From the NCBI GenBank assembly GCA_035505475.1, contig DATJQT010000238.1, positions 1,755 through 65,754 of the forward strand: 64,000 nt of DNA, in the 5' to 3' direction. A program made the position numbers and the translations under genes. This document shows, piece after piece, positions 33,978-43,667 of the stretch; position 1 is the first letter of the stretch; the number at the start of each line of letters is the position of its first letter. Below the pieces are notes generated by a model. It had not been told where the DNA came from and made no database searches. It saw only the letters and a list, made by a program, of their open reading frames with translations. The DNA is from Vulcanimicrobiaceae bacterium (GTDB lineage Bacteria > Methylomirabilota > Methylomirabilia > Methylomirabilales > 2-02-FULL-66-22).

Positions 33978-35101
33978 CGCGGGGCGTGAGCCGCGTTCCG
34001 GTCGATTCGGGCTTGGAGTTGTGCCGCGTAGAATTGGGGGTCGAGGGGCAGATCCACCGTGCGGTCGAGCCAGGTTGAGAGGAGCATGGCGTTGGCCAGC
34101 TCGACCGCGCCGATCGCCTCCTCGACGGGGGCGAGCACCGGGACGCCGTCGAGGATCGCATCGGTGAAGTTCTGCAGGATGCCGGCGTGCTGCGGATCCG
34201 GGCCGGTCACCGCGAGCGGGACCTCGACCGCGGCCGGCGTGGCAAAGCCCTTGACCGAGGTGCGCGCGAACTCGGTGGTGGAGGTCGCGTTGCGCAGGAA
34301 CTGCAGATGGTGGTCTTCATACAGCAATCGTCCGCCTTCCGCGGCGATCTCGAGGCGGTTGGTGCCGGGAGCCTCGCCGTTGGAGGTGATGAACGTCCCG
34401 GTCGCGCCGCCGTCGAATTCGCAATATGCGGTCACGTCGTCTTCGACCTCGATCGCATGGTGCCGGCCGAAGGCGCAGAAGGCCCGCACGCGGCGGGGCC
34501 GGCCGAACAGCCAGCCGAGCATGTCCAGGCAATGAGAACTCTGGTTGATGAGAACGCCGCCGCCTTCCCCCGCCCACGTGCCCCGCCACGGGGCGGAGGC
34601 ATAGTAGGCGTCGGGGCGGAAGCCGTCGGTCACCGTCCATTGCACGCGCAGCATGCGCCCCAGTTCGCCCGAGCGAATCATGCTGCGGATGGCCTGAAAC
34701 GCCGGGTTCGTGCGCATATTGTAGACCACGCCCAGAACGAGGCGCGGGTCGCGGCCGGCCGCGAGCAGCGGCGCGCAGGCGGCCACGTGGGTCGACAGCG
34801 GCTTCTCCACCAGGACGTGACAGCCCGCGCGCAGGCCGGCGAGGGCCGCGGGCACGTGGGCCGGGTGGGGGAGGGCGATCAACAGGGCGTTGATGGTCCG
34901 TTCGGACAGCATGTCCTCCAGCCGGTCGAAGGTGCGCACCGGGTCCGCATGGGGTGCGAGGCGGGCCCGGTCGGCGTCGCACACCGCGGCGAGTCGCGCC
35001 CGCTTGATCGCGCCCGACGCCAGGAGACGGCAGTGCAGCGCGCCGATGTTTCCCAGCCCCACGACGCCGAAGCGGACCGGAGCGGTGCGGTCCGGCGTCA
35101 C
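33974..35101 (-). CDS. Gfo/Idh/MocA family NAD(P)-dependent oxidoreductase
   Basis: True start taken as GTG 35101 ([20 protein letters not shown]...), in a GTGA overlap with the upstream stop at 35098. Contains the EKP motif (VLVEKPL). The 653-aa ORF-track entry is a chimeric extension across the upstream gene. Confidence 0.85.
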   Translation of the reverse strand: MTPDRTAPVRFGVVGLGNIGALHCRLLASGAIKRARLAAVCDADRARLAPHADPVRTFDRLEDMLSERTINALLIALPHPAHVPAALAGLRAGCHVLVEKPLSTHVAACAPLLAAGRDPRLVLGVVYNMRTNPAFQAIRSMIRSGELGRMLRVQWTVTDGFRPDAYYASAPWRGTWAGEGGGVLINQSSHCLDMLGWLFGRPRRVRAFCAFGRHHAIEVEDDVTAYCEFDGGATGTFITSNGEAPGTNRLEIAAEGGRLLYEDHHLQFLRNATSTTEFARTSVKGFATPAAVEVPLAVTGPDPQHAGILQNFTDAILDGVPVLAPVEEAIGAVELANAMLLSTWLDRTVDLPLDPQFYAAQLQARIDRNAAHAPR

Positions 35102-36255
35102 CGGCGGGGGAATTTCAGCCACCGGGCCCCGAGTTGCGACGAGCGCACGGCGGTCTCGATGAAGGCCAGGCCCTCCACGCCGTCGTCGATCGTCGGATAG
35201 TCCAGGCCCGCGGGCGGGCGCCGCCCCTCCACCTCGGCGCTGATGGCGCGAAAGGCCTCCTGGTAGATGTTGGCGAACGCCTCGAGGTACCCTTCGGGGT
35301 GACCGAACGGAATCCGGGTGAAATGGGCCGCGGTCCGGCCGACGTAGCTGTTGCCCCGGCGCCAAACCTGGGCGGGCGCGTCGGGAAATTTCAGGACCAA
35401 CTCGTTCGGCTGCTCCTGGTACCACTCCAGGGCGGCCTTCGTACCGTAGACGCGGATATTCAGGTTGTTCTCCTCGCCGACGCAGATCTGCGAGCAGTGC
35501 AGGACGCCCTTGGCGCCGCCGGCGTAGTGCAGGAGGATGTTGCCGTCGTCGTCGAGGCGGCGCCCGGGCACGAACGTGGTCAGGTCGGCGCTCAGTTCCG
35601 CGATGCGCAGGCCGGTGACGTAGCGCGCCAGGTTTTCCGCATGGGTGCCGATGTCGCCCAGGCACCCGGCCGCGCCGCTGCGGCGCGGATCCGTCCGCCA
35701 GGCGGCCTGTTTCTGCCCCGTGGCCTCGAGGCGGGTGCTGAGCCAGCCCTGGGAGTACTCCACCACGACCTTGCGGATCGTGCCCAGGCGGCCCGCGCGC
35801 ACGAAATCCCGCGCCTGCTTCACCATCGCGTTGCCGGTGTAATTGTGCGTGAGCACGAATACCTTCCCGGTCCGGCGGACGATCGCCCGCAGGCGCCGGG
35901 CCTCGGCCAGGGTCAGGGTGGCCGGCTTGTCGCACACGACGTTGAAGCCGGCCGCAAGGAACCGGCTGGCGACGGGGAAATGCTGGTGATTCGGCGTCAC
36001 GATGACGACGAAGTCGAGGCGGCGATCGGCCGGGAGCCGTGACTCGGCCCGCGCCATCTCCTCGTAGGAGCCGTAAGTCCGGGCGGGGTCGACAAGGAGG
36101 TCGCGGCCCGACGCGCGCGCGCGCGCGGGATCCGAGGAGAAGGCGCCGGCGGCCAGCGTGGCCCGGCCGTCCATGATCGCCGCGATCCGGTGGACGGCGC
36201 CGATGAAGGCGCCCCGCCCGCCGCCGATCATGCCATAGCGGAGTTTCCTGTTCAT
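35098..36255 (-). CDS. Gfo/Idh/MocA family oxidoreductase
   Basis: Contains [19 protein letters not shown] and NVVCDKP (an EKP-like motif). 385 aa. Confidence 0.85.
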   Translation of the reverse strand: MNRKLRYGMIGGGRGAFIGAVHRIAAIMDGRATLAAGAFSSDPARARASGRDLLVDPARTYGSYEEMARAESRLPADRRLDFVVIVTPNHQHFPVASRFLAAGFNVVCDKPATLTLAEARRLRAIVRRTGKVFVLTHNYTGNAMVKQARDFVRAGRLGTIRKVVVEYSQGWLSTRLEATGQKQAAWRTDPRRSGAAGCLGDIGTHAENLARYVTGLRIAELSADLTTFVPGRRLDDDGNILLHYAGGAKGVLHCSQICVGEENNLNIRVYGTKAALEWYQEQPNELVLKFPDAPAQVWRRGNSYVGRTAAHFTRIPFGHPEGYLEAFANIYQEAFRAISAEVEGRRPPAGLDYPTIDDGVEGLAFIETAVRSSQLGARWLKFPRR

Positions 36256-36294
36256 GGTGGTCGAGGGTCGGGGTTGGGGCGCGATCCGCGGCGG

Positions 36295-37335
36295 TCAGGC
36301 TTTCCGCTCAAACGCCGCATCGAACGCGACCGCGCCCGGAGGGAAGTCGGCGCGGCGCACGAAGGCGGCGGCCTCGGTGGCGCCGTGGATTCGGTCCATG
36401 CGGATGTCCTCCCACTCGACGGAGAGGGGGCCGGCGTAGTGGACGTCGTTCAGGGCGACGATGATCGCCTCAAAGTCGATGTCGCCGCGACCCGGTGAAC
36501 GAAAGTCCCAATACCGCCGGGCGTCGCCAAAGCTCGCGTGGCCGCCGAAGACGCCGACCGAGCCGTCCCCGTGGCCCCACCACGCATCTTTCATATGCAC
36601 ATGATAGATGCGGCGGCCGAGGACGCGGATGAACTTGACGTAGTCGACGCCTTGGTAGCCGAGATGCGACGGGTCGAAGTTGAAGCCGAAGCGCCGGTGC
36701 TGCTTGACCGCCTCCACCGCCCGCTGGGCGCTGGCGAGATCGAAGGCGATCTCCGTGGGATGCACCTCGAGCGCGAAGTTGACGTCGGCCTGGTCGAAAG
36801 CCTCCAGGATCGGCATCCAGCGCGTCGCAAAGTCCTGAAAGCCCTGGTCCCAGAATTCCTGGGTCGTGGGGGGAAAGGCGTAGAGCGAATGCCAGATCGA
36901 CGACCCGGTGAAGCCGTTGACCACCGGGGGAAATTCGCTGGCGCCGCGCCCGCGCGGCCGGGCGTCGAAGAATTTCCGGGCCGCCCGGGCCGTCAGGACC
37001 ATCCGCTCGGCCGCGCGGCGGCGGACGCCCTCCGCCTCGCCGTCGCCCCAGATCTCGGGCGGGAGGATGGCCCGGTGGCGCTCGTCGATCCGGTCGCAGA
37101 CGGCCTGGCCGACGAGGTGACTCGAGATCGCGAAGCAGGTGAGGCCGTGCTCGGCGAGCAGCGCCCACAGGTCCCGGACGTAGCGCGGGGAGGCGGCGGC
37201 CTGGACGACATCGAAGTGGTCGCCCCAGCAGGCGAGCTCGACGCCGTCATAGCCCATTTTCTTGACCAGGGGCAGCAGCTCGCGGAGAGGCAGGTCGGCC
37301 CACTGGCCGGTGAACAAGGTGACGGGGCGTGGCAT
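36295..37335 (-). CDS. xylose-isomerase-like TIM-barrel protein (sugar phosphate isomerase/epimerase family)
   Basis: Contains [27 protein letters not shown] and HVHMKDAWW, typical of AP_endonuc_2/IolE-like TIM barrels. 346 aa. Confidence 0.85.
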   Translation of the reverse strand: MPRPVTLFTGQWADLPLRELLPLVKKMGYDGVELACWGDHFDVVQAAASPRYVRDLWALLAEHGLTCFAISSHLVGQAVCDRIDERHRAILPPEIWGDGEAEGVRRRAAERMVLTARAARKFFDARPRGRGASEFPPVVNGFTGSSIWHSLYAFPPTTQEFWDQGFQDFATRWMPILEAFDQADVNFALEVHPTEIAFDLASAQRAVEAVKQHRRFGFNFDPSHLGYQGVDYVKFIRVLGRRIYHVHMKDAWWGHGDGSVGVFGGHASFGDARRYWDFRSPGRGDIDFEAIIVALNDVHYAGPLSVEWEDIRMDRIHGATEAAAFVRRADFPPGAVAFDAAFERKA

Positions 37336-37384
37336 GGCGGGTTGGGGTTGCGGACCGGGTTGGCGCCGGCGGCGCGGGGTCGGG

Positions 37385-38293
37385 TCAGAGGACCGGGTTG
37401 GGCACGAACGAACCGCCCCGGCAGCGCTTGAGGTAGTGCAGCGCGGCCACCTGGCCGGTCATTTCGAGGGCGTCGCGATAGACCGGGTCGTGCCAGCCTT
37501 CGATGTCGATGCTGCCCTTGAAGCCGTGGCGCCGCAGTTCGCTGATGATGTCCGTCCAGTTGCTGTCCCCAAATCCGGGGTGGCGGTGGTGAACGGCCGG
37601 TTGGGGGCCGCGGATTCCGTGGCGGCGGATCACGTCCCAGTAGACGGTCGCGTCCTTGCCGTGGACATGGAAGATCTTCGGCACCCAGGTCCGCAGTTGC
37701 GGCAGCGGGTCGATCAGCTCGCCCAGCTGGTGGCAGGGCTCCCATTCGAGGCCGAGATGGGCGTCCGGGATCGCGTCGAACATGAGCTCCCAGGCGTCGG
37801 GGGAGAGGGCGATGTTCCAGTCGCCGCTCTGCCAGGAGCCGCCCATCCAGCAGTTTTCGAAGGCCAGCCGGACGCCCTGGTTGGCGGCGCGGCGGGCGAG
37901 CTCGCCGAACACCTGCTGGAACCGCGGCAGGCTGTCCGGCACGGGCTTGCCGCGCAACCGGCCGGCGAACCCGCACACCAGGTCGGTGCCGAAGCGTCGC
38001 GCGTGGTCGATGCAGAGTTCCCAGCCGCGGATGGTGTCCTGGGCGGCGGCATCGTTTTCGAGGGGGTTGCCGTAGATGCCCAGGGCGGAGACGATGACCC
38101 CGGAGCCGGCGAGCACGGGTTCCAGCTCGGCGGCGAGGCGGGCGAGGTCGACGCCGCCCAGCGTTTGGAAGAAATTCACCTGAAAGGACTCGAAGCCATG
38201 CGGCAGGATCTGCCGGATGTACTCCGCGGTCTTTTCCTTGCGACCGGCCATGGTGCCGATGCGGATCGATTCCCGAGCGAGGTCTGGAGTCAT
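37385..38293 (-). CDS. xylose-isomerase-like TIM-barrel protein
   Basis: Start chosen at ATG 38293 ([13 protein letters not shown]...). Contains [16 protein letters not shown] and HVHGKDA motifs. Confidence 0.8.
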   Translation of the reverse strand: MTPDLARESIRIGTMAGRKEKTAEYIRQILPHGFESFQVNFFQTLGGVDLARLAAELEPVLAGSGVIVSALGIYGNPLENDAAAQDTIRGWELCIDHARRFGTDLVCGFAGRLRGKPVPDSLPRFQQVFGELARRAANQGVRLAFENCWMGGSWQSGDWNIALSPDAWELMFDAIPDAHLGLEWEPCHQLGELIDPLPQLRTWVPKIFHVHGKDATVYWDVIRRHGIRGPQPAVHHRHPGFGDSNWTDIISELRRHGFKGSIDIEGWHDPVYRDALEMTGQVAALHYLKRCRGGSFVPNPVL

Positions 38294-38356
38294 GAGTGGA
38301 GGGGGCGGTGCTGGGCGACGCGCCGGCGGAACAGGCAGCATACCGGGTGCGGCGCC

Positions 38357-38401
38357 TCGTGCCTATGCCTAGGGGTGGACATCTTGTGTGGGAAATTGAC
38401 C
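38357..38401 (-). promoter_or_regulatory. copy B of a conserved ~45-nt intergenic motif (candidate operator/promoter)
   Basis: Minus-strand reading: GGTCAATTTCCCACACAAGATGTCCACCCCTAGGCATAGGCACGA. It lies 63 nt upstream of the TIM-barrel ATG at 38293. By hand alignment it is about 75% identical to copy A and about 72% identical to copy T. Confidence 0.4.
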
Positions 38402-38407
38402 TTCCGG

Positions 38408-40063
38408 TCACTTCATGCCGGTAAATGTGATGCCCTCGATGAAATAGCGCTGGGCGAACAAGAAGAGGACGATCACGGGTAGTGTCATGAGTAGTGAGCC
38501 GGCCATCATGATGGTCGTCGTGCCGCCCGACTGGACGTTCAGGGCGTAGAGGCCGAAGGACAGCGGGTACAGGCGCTGGTCGGAGACAAAGAGCAGGGGT
38601 CCGGTGAAATCGTTCCAGGCGCCAATGAAGGTGAAGATCGCGATGGCGGCGAGGCTGGGCCGGATCAGGGGCAGAACGACGTGCCAGTAGATCTGCCAGT
38701 AGCTGCAACCGTCGATGCGCGCGGCGTCCTCGAGGTCGCGCGGCAGGCCGCGCAGAAACTGGTGGAGCAGGAAGACGAAGAAGGCGTTGGCCAGGAGGCT
38801 GCCGGTCCAGAGCGGGTACAGGGTGTTGTACCAGCCGAGCGCGCGCATGATCAGGAAATGGGGGATCATCGTCACCTGGCTGGGGACCACCATGGTGGCG
38901 ATCATGAGCAGGAAGCACAGGCGCCGGCCCGGCCAGCGCAGACGCGCGAAGCTGTAGGCGACCAGCGAGCAGCTGAACAGGGTCCCGACCAGCTGGAGAA
39001 TGACGAGGAAGACGCTCGTGGCGACGTAGCGCCAGAACGGGATGTAGTTCAGGGTCTGCTGGTAGTTCTGGGTGATCTTCTCCCACCAGGCGCGCAGCCA
39101 GCCGCTGCGGACGATCTCCAGCGTGATTCTGATCTGATGCGGGTCGGTGGCAAATTGCGGGCCGTGCGCCACCTCGCGCCACAGGATCCAGGTGCGGAGC
39201 TGATTGGACTGGTCGTCGGCGCTGGGGCGTTGCCAGGTGGCCTCGGACCAGTTGTCGTCCGCAAGCGTGATCGGCCGCTCCGCGCGATACTGGCGGCCGT
39301 CCATCTCCACGGTGGCATAAAGGCGGTTCCATGAGGCGTCGGCGCGCAGAAAGACCTGGAGGCGCCGGAGGCGGGAGACCGGAAAGGTGGTGGTGAAGGT
39401 CCGGGTTAGCTGCACCCGGTCGCCGGAGGAGAAGTCGTATTGCAATCGGCCGGCGGGCAGGCCGGGCAGCGGGGCGGTGAAACGGGCGGCGGCCGGTCCG
39501 CCGATCTGCCAGGTGCCGGCCTCGCGGTCGGGCGGCGCCAGCACGTCCTGCGTCAGGTCATCCGCGGTGGCGGTGAGATTGCCGAGGAGCAACGAGCGCT
39601 CGACCTGCGCCTGGGTTTCGGCGACTTCGCGGTCGCCGATGAGGCGCGGGAGCGAGGCGGCCAGCGCCGCGGGCGCTTGCCGCCACCAGGCGGCCGGCTG
39701 GCTGAGGCGGAGGTGCTGGAAGAGGCCGCGCGCCACGGCGACGGTCATCTGGTCGGGGTCGACCGCGGCCGGCCAGGCGGTGGGCGCGGCGCGCAACTGG
39801 CGTTCGATCGCGGCCAGCACGGCGCGGCCCGACGCGGTGGCGGGGCCGGCGAAGCGGCTGCCGTCGACGTAGGGCGACTGGCGGCGCGGCCGGGGCGCCG
39901 CGGGGAGGACCCCGGCGGCGGGATTGGAGAATTCCCGCTCGGTCTTGATCGACGCCAGCAGCATCCAGGCGAGGGGCCAGGCAAAGACGATCGCGCCGGC
40001 CGTCAGCAGGAGGTAAAGCAGGCCGCGGTGGGCCCAGCGGGCGATCTGGTCAGTCGCCCTCAT
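38408..40063 (-). CDS. CUT1-type carbohydrate ABC transporter permease (MalG-like) with ~295-aa periplasmic insertion
   Basis: The C-terminal roughly 215 aa is a canonical permease core with an EAA loop (LEDAARIDGCSYWQIYWHVVLPLIRP). An N-terminal TM (LLYLLLTAGAIVFAWPLAWMLL) is followed by a long non-hydrophobic segment before TM2. Confidence 0.85.
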   Translation of the reverse strand: MRATDQIARWAHRGLLYLLLTAGAIVFAWPLAWMLLASIKTEREFSNPAAGVLPAAPRPRRQSPYVDGSRFAGPATASGRAVLAAIERQLRAAPTAWPAAVDPDQMTVAVARGLFQHLRLSQPAAWWRQAPAALAASLPRLIGDREVAETQAQVERSLLLGNLTATADDLTQDVLAPPDREAGTWQIGGPAAARFTAPLPGLPAGRLQYDFSSGDRVQLTRTFTTTFPVSRLRRLQVFLRADASWNRLYATVEMDGRQYRAERPITLADDNWSEATWQRPSADDQSNQLRTWILWREVAHGPQFATDPHQIRITLEIVRSGWLRAWWEKITQNYQQTLNYIPFWRYVATSVFLVILQLVGTLFSCSLVAYSFARLRWPGRRLCFLLMIATMVVPSQVTMIPHFLIMRALGWYNTLYPLWTGSLLANAFFVFLLHQFLRGLPRDLEDAARIDGCSYWQIYWHVVLPLIRPSLAAIAIFTFIGAWNDFTGPLLFVSDQRLYPLSFGLYALNVQSGGTTTIMMAGSLLMTLPVIVLFLFAQRYFIEGITFTGMK

Positions 40064-42587
40064 AGTGCACCCACCGCTTGGAGAGACGCATCTGGACCAG
40101 CGTGAGGCCGAGCACGATCAGCACGAGGATCCAGGCCATGGCCGAGGCATAACCCATGTGGAGGTAGCGAAAGGCGTTGTTGAAGAGATGATAGACGAAG
40201 AAGAGCGTCGAATTGACCGGGCCGCCCTGCGTCATGATGAACGCCTGCGAGAAGATCTGGAAGGTGCCGATCAGCCCCATCACGAGGTTGAAGAAGATGT
40301 AGGGCGTGAGCATCGGCAGCGTGATGTGCCGGAACTTCTGCCACGGCCCGGCCCCGTCGAGTTCGGCGGCCTCGTAATAGCTGCGGCTGATCCCGTTGAG
40401 GCCGGCGAGCCAGACGATCATGCTGCCGCCCGCGCCCCACAGGCCCATGAGGATCAGCGCCGGCTTGGTCAGCCGCGGGTCCTGCAGCCAGTTCGGGCCC
40501 CCGATGCCGAAGAGCGCCAGCCAGTGATTGAGCAGGCCGGTGCCGGGGTTGAGGATCCAGATCCAGAGGATGCTCGAGGCGACGGCGGGGACGATGGACG
40601 GGAGGTAGAACAGCGTGCGCCAGACCGCGATCCCCCGCACCCGGGTGTTCAACAGGAGCGCCAGGCCGAGGCCGACGACCATGCCAAGCGGCACGCCGAT
40701 GACCATGAACAGCGTGTTCTTGAGCGAAATCCAGAACAGGGGATCGTCGGCGAGCAGCCAGCGGTAGTTCTCCCAGCCGACAAAGCGGGCGGGATTGAGG
40801 ATGTCGTAACTGCAGAAGCTGATCACGAGCGAGAAGAAGATCGGGCCGCCCGTGAACACCACGAAACCGACGATCCACGGCAGCGCGAAGCCGGCGCCGG
40901 CGACGCGCTCGCGCCAGTGGGTCCGGCCGTCCGCGGGGGGCAACGCGTGGCCGGCGGGGGAGGGCCGGGCCAGGCGCAGGCGCCGCGCGAGGCGGGGGAT
41001 GAGGGTGGACGTCTCCCACGCCACGACCCCGATCGCCACCGCGACGAGGAGGCCGGCATAAAGCCAGAACAGCGGGCGCCAGTGGACCGGCGACCCGTGC
41101 GCGGGGGCCAGGGCGCGGTTGAGTTCCTTCTGCACGTTCTTGTTCGCGCGCGCGAGCGCGGCCGCCGGCGAAAGCGTCCGGTAGAGCGCGTTCTGGGTCG
41201 CGGCAATCAGCTCGTTGTACATCAGCTGGCCGACCGGCGTGACGGGACGGTGGGTGGCGGCGGGCAGCAGGCGGTTGAAGCCGTCGACCGCGGCGCGCAC
41301 TTTGGCGGGCAGCCGGGGGTTGCCGGCGACGTAGCGCGCGTACAGGGCCCGGTTGACCGCGATGTTGGCGTTCTGGCCGGGCACGAAAACGTGCCCCTGG
41401 CTCGTCGCGAGGGAGTCGGCGCTGGCGGCCATGATCAACTGGGCGCGCGGGGAGGAGAGGAACCGGATGAGCGCCCACGCGGCTTCGGGATGGCGCGCGT
41501 CCGCGGGGATGGCGTAACCCCAACCCGTGAGCATGTTCGCCGGCGTGCGGCCGGCCGCCAGTTCCCGCGCCGGCATCGGCAGGGGAGCGACGCCATAGTC
41601 GACGTCCTGCCCATAGGTCACCAGGTCGTTCGGGATGACGCTGAACTGGTCGATCTTCATCGCCACGCGGTTGGTGACGAAGGGATCGAGCGCCGCCTGC
41701 TCCTGGCCGAACTGGAACCCGAAGACGTTGCGGACGCCGCCCAGGCGGTCGTACAGGCCGGTCAGCCACGCCAGGGCGCCGACGACGCGCGGGTTGTCCA
41801 GCGTCGCGGCGCGGCCGTCCGGGCTGAGGAAGCTTCCGCCGTTCATCCAGCCGTACAGATAAAGCGGCGGCGTGGTGGTCCCGTAGGCCGGGAGAAAGCC
41901 GATCTGCGCGATGTGCCCAAAATGGTCGAACGTCGTGAGGCGCGCGGCCATGGCCTCGAGCTCCTCCCACGTCCGCGGCGGGGCGGCCTCGCCCTGGGCG
42001 TCGACGCAGCCGGCCCGCCGGAGCAGGTCCTTGTTGTACAGCAGGGCGCGGTCCTCGATGTCGCCCGGGATGGCGTAGACTCCCGACCGCGCCCCGGCGG
42101 GATCGTGATAGTTCACCTCGTCCCACGCCGCGGGGAAGTAGTCTTCGGCCCGGATCGCGTCGGGCTGGTGATGGTCGCGGTCCCGCGCGAGGAAGGGGTC
42201 CAGGCGCAGGAAGGCGCCGCGCGCGGCCCATTCGGCCACCGCGATCCGGTCGTAGTAGATGACGTCCGGCGGCGCGCCCCCCGCCACGCCGAGCAGGAAA
42301 CGGGTGGGGTCCTCCGACGGGTTGCGCGTGCCGGTCTGGCCGCTGACGACCCGGTAGACGGGCTGCGACGGGTCCCGGGCGTGGCGCTGGCGGCTTTCGT
42401 CCTCGAACACCCGCACGGCGTCGTCGAGGGCGCCGGCGATCGGGCCGCCCAGGCCCTGGTAGGAGATCTCCACCACGCCGGGCGGCGGCCGGCGGTCGGA
42501 CCGCGCCGGATCCAGCAGCCAGAGCAGGCCGAGGACCCCGGCGGCAAGCAGCGCGGTTTTGCGGGCGGGGGTGAGCAGGCGGGGCAT
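40050..42587 (-). CDS. fusion protein: extracellular solute-binding domain + CUT1-type ABC permease (MalF-like)
   Basis: 845 aa. Order of elements: N-terminal anchor (ALLAAGVLGLLWLL); a roughly 460-aa SBP-like domain (PPDVIYYDR..., YAIPGDIEDRALLYNKDLL, PRTWEELEAMA); an extra TM (LFWLYAGLLVAVAIGVVAW); then a 6-TM permease core with an EAA loop (YYEAAELDGAGPWQKFRHITLPML). Confidence 0.85.
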   Translation of the reverse strand: MPRLLTPARKTALLAAGVLGLLWLLDPARSDRRPPPGVVEISYQGLGGPIAGALDDAVRVFEDESRQRHARDPSQPVYRVVSGQTGTRNPSEDPTRFLLGVAGGAPPDVIYYDRIAVAEWAARGAFLRLDPFLARDRDHHQPDAIRAEDYFPAAWDEVNYHDPAGARSGVYAIPGDIEDRALLYNKDLLRRAGCVDAQGEAAPPRTWEELEAMAARLTTFDHFGHIAQIGFLPAYGTTTPPLYLYGWMNGGSFLSPDGRAATLDNPRVVGALAWLTGLYDRLGGVRNVFGFQFGQEQAALDPFVTNRVAMKIDQFSVIPNDLVTYGQDVDYGVAPLPMPARELAAGRTPANMLTGWGYAIPADARHPEAAWALIRFLSSPRAQLIMAASADSLATSQGHVFVPGQNANIAVNRALYARYVAGNPRLPAKVRAAVDGFNRLLPAATHRPVTPVGQLMYNELIAATQNALYRTLSPAAALARANKNVQKELNRALAPAHGSPVHWRPLFWLYAGLLVAVAIGVVAWETSTLIPRLARRLRLARPSPAGHALPPADGRTHWRERVAGAGFALPWIVGFVVFTGGPIFFSLVISFCSYDILNPARFVGWENYRWLLADDPLFWISLKNTLFMVIGVPLGMVVGLGLALLLNTRVRGIAVWRTLFYLPSIVPAVASSILWIWILNPGTGLLNHWLALFGIGGPNWLQDPRLTKPALILMGLWGAGGSMIVWLAGLNGISRSYYEAAELDGAGPWQKFRHITLPMLTPYIFFNLVMGLIGTFQIFSQAFIMTQGGPVNSTLFFVYHLFNNAFRYLHMGYASAMAWILVLIVLGLTLVQMRLSKRWVHYEGD

Positions 42588-42634
42588 GACGGGGCGCCGG
42601 GCGTCGCGGCCGTAATGCTATCCACAAGGCCGGC

Positions 42635-42679
42635 CCGTGCCAATGCCTGAGCGTGGAATTCTTGTGCCGAAAAATGTCC
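42635..42679 (-). promoter_or_regulatory. copy A of the conserved ~45-nt intergenic motif
   Basis: Minus-strand reading: GGACATTTTTCGGCACAAGAATTCCACGCTCAGGCATTGGCACGG. It lies between the AraC stop (42695) and the SBP-permease start (42587), 47 nt upstream of that start. Confidence 0.4.
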
Positions 42680-42694
42680 GCCGCGCCGGCGGGA

Positions 42695-43519
42695 CTACCG
42701 CCGGAGGCGAAACGCGGCCGGGCCGCAGCCCAGATGGCGGCCGAACACGTGGCTGAAATGGTGGCGGTTGGCGTAGCCCGTGGCCTCCGCGATCATCTCG
42801 ATGGTCTCGTCGGTGAAGGTCAGGCGCCGGCAGGCCTCCTGCAGCCGGCGCTCGGTGAGGTAGGCGGCCGGCGTCGTGTCGAGCGTCCGGCGGAAGAGGC
42901 GGATGAACGCCTCGACGCTCATGCCCATGCGCGCGGCGAGGAACGCGTTGGGGAGCGGATGGTCCAGCGAGTGCTCGATCAGCTCGAGCAGCGACCGCAG
43001 CCGGGGCGGCAGGTTCGGGCCGGCGTGGAGTTTGGCGCGGGCGAAGCACTCGTGCAGCAGGCCGGCGCAGAGATGATAGAGCTGGGCGTCGGGCGGCGCC
43101 GTCTCGGCGTCGGGAGGGACCGTCTTGCCGTCGGGGGCGTGCAGCTCGAGCTTGTGCCGCAGGAGGCGCTCGATGCAGTCGTTCAGCCCGGTGTCGCTCT
43201 TGATGATGATCGGGCCCTGCCGCGGCGCCTGCACCGCGGGCTGGATCGAAAAGTGAATCCACAGGTGCGGCACCAGGCGCCGGGCGGAGCCCTTGGGCAG
43301 GCAGTGGTACGGGACGTTTTCCGGTATGAGCAGGACCCGCCGGGGGCCGAGGGGATAGCGCGTGCGGTCGATCTCCACGGCGTCGCCATCGCGTCGGTTG
43401 GCGTACAACCGCCAGAATGGCCCGCGCACATCGCGCCAGCACCACTCCGGGCCGTTCAGTTTGAACCCCACTTCGTGGACCCGCAGGCTCCACCAGAAGC
43501 TGGGGTCAATTTTAGACAT
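42695..43519 (-). CDS. AraC family transcriptional regulator
   Basis: Start chosen at ATG 43519 (MSKIDPSFWW...); ATG 43540 is an alternative. The C-terminal double HTH is AFLAARMGMSVEAFIRLFRR...IEMIAEATGYANRHHFSHVFGRHLG. It is divergent from the TonB-dependent receptor gene. Confidence 0.8.
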   Translation of the reverse strand: MSKIDPSFWWSLRVHEVGFKLNGPEWCWRDVRGPFWRLYANRRDGDAVEIDRTRYPLGPRRVLLIPENVPYHCLPKGSARRLVPHLWIHFSIQPAVQAPRQGPIIIKSDTGLNDCIERLLRHKLELHAPDGKTVPPDAETAPPDAQLYHLCAGLLHECFARAKLHAGPNLPPRLRSLLELIEHSLDHPLPNAFLAARMGMSVEAFIRLFRRTLDTTPAAYLTERRLQEACRRLTFTDETIEMIAEATGYANRHHFSHVFGRHLGCGPAAFRLRR

Positions 43520-43546
43520 AACTTTCCCACCTATGGGCATAGACGA
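43504..43546 (+). promoter_or_regulatory. copy T of the conserved intergenic motif, oriented toward the TonB-dependent receptor
   Basis: Plus-strand reading: GGTCAATTTTAGACATAACTTTCCCACCTATGGGCATAGACGA. It lies 121 nt upstream of the receptor ATG (43668) and overlaps the 5' end of the divergent AraC gene. Confidence 0.35.
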
Positions 43547-43667
43547 TTCTGACAGTATCCTGTACGGTAGGCGCACGCTGGACAATGTCCAGTGGTACGT
43601 CGCACCAAGTTCCTCAAATCCCCGCTGCGGGCCCGGTCGGGCCCTTCGGCGGTCCCTGTCTAACCCC

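Noticed and set aside
40060-42650. Two further giant ORFs over the SBP-permease gene: 855 aa on the same strand in another frame (40060-42627) and 861 aa antisense (40065-42650).
   Set aside because: Only the 40050-42587 frame contains SBP and ABC-permease motifs (EAA loop, TM pattern). The others are Arg/Pro/Gly/Ala-rich and low in complexity, as expected when very high GC removes stop codons from non-coding frames.
42635-42679. TGGCAC within motif copy A (and AGGCAC in copy B) as a possible sigma-54 -24 element.
   Set aside because: The required GC of the -12 element is not at the consensus spacing. It is off by one in opposite directions in the two copies, and no TTGC is present. No enhancer-binding-protein gene is in the locus.
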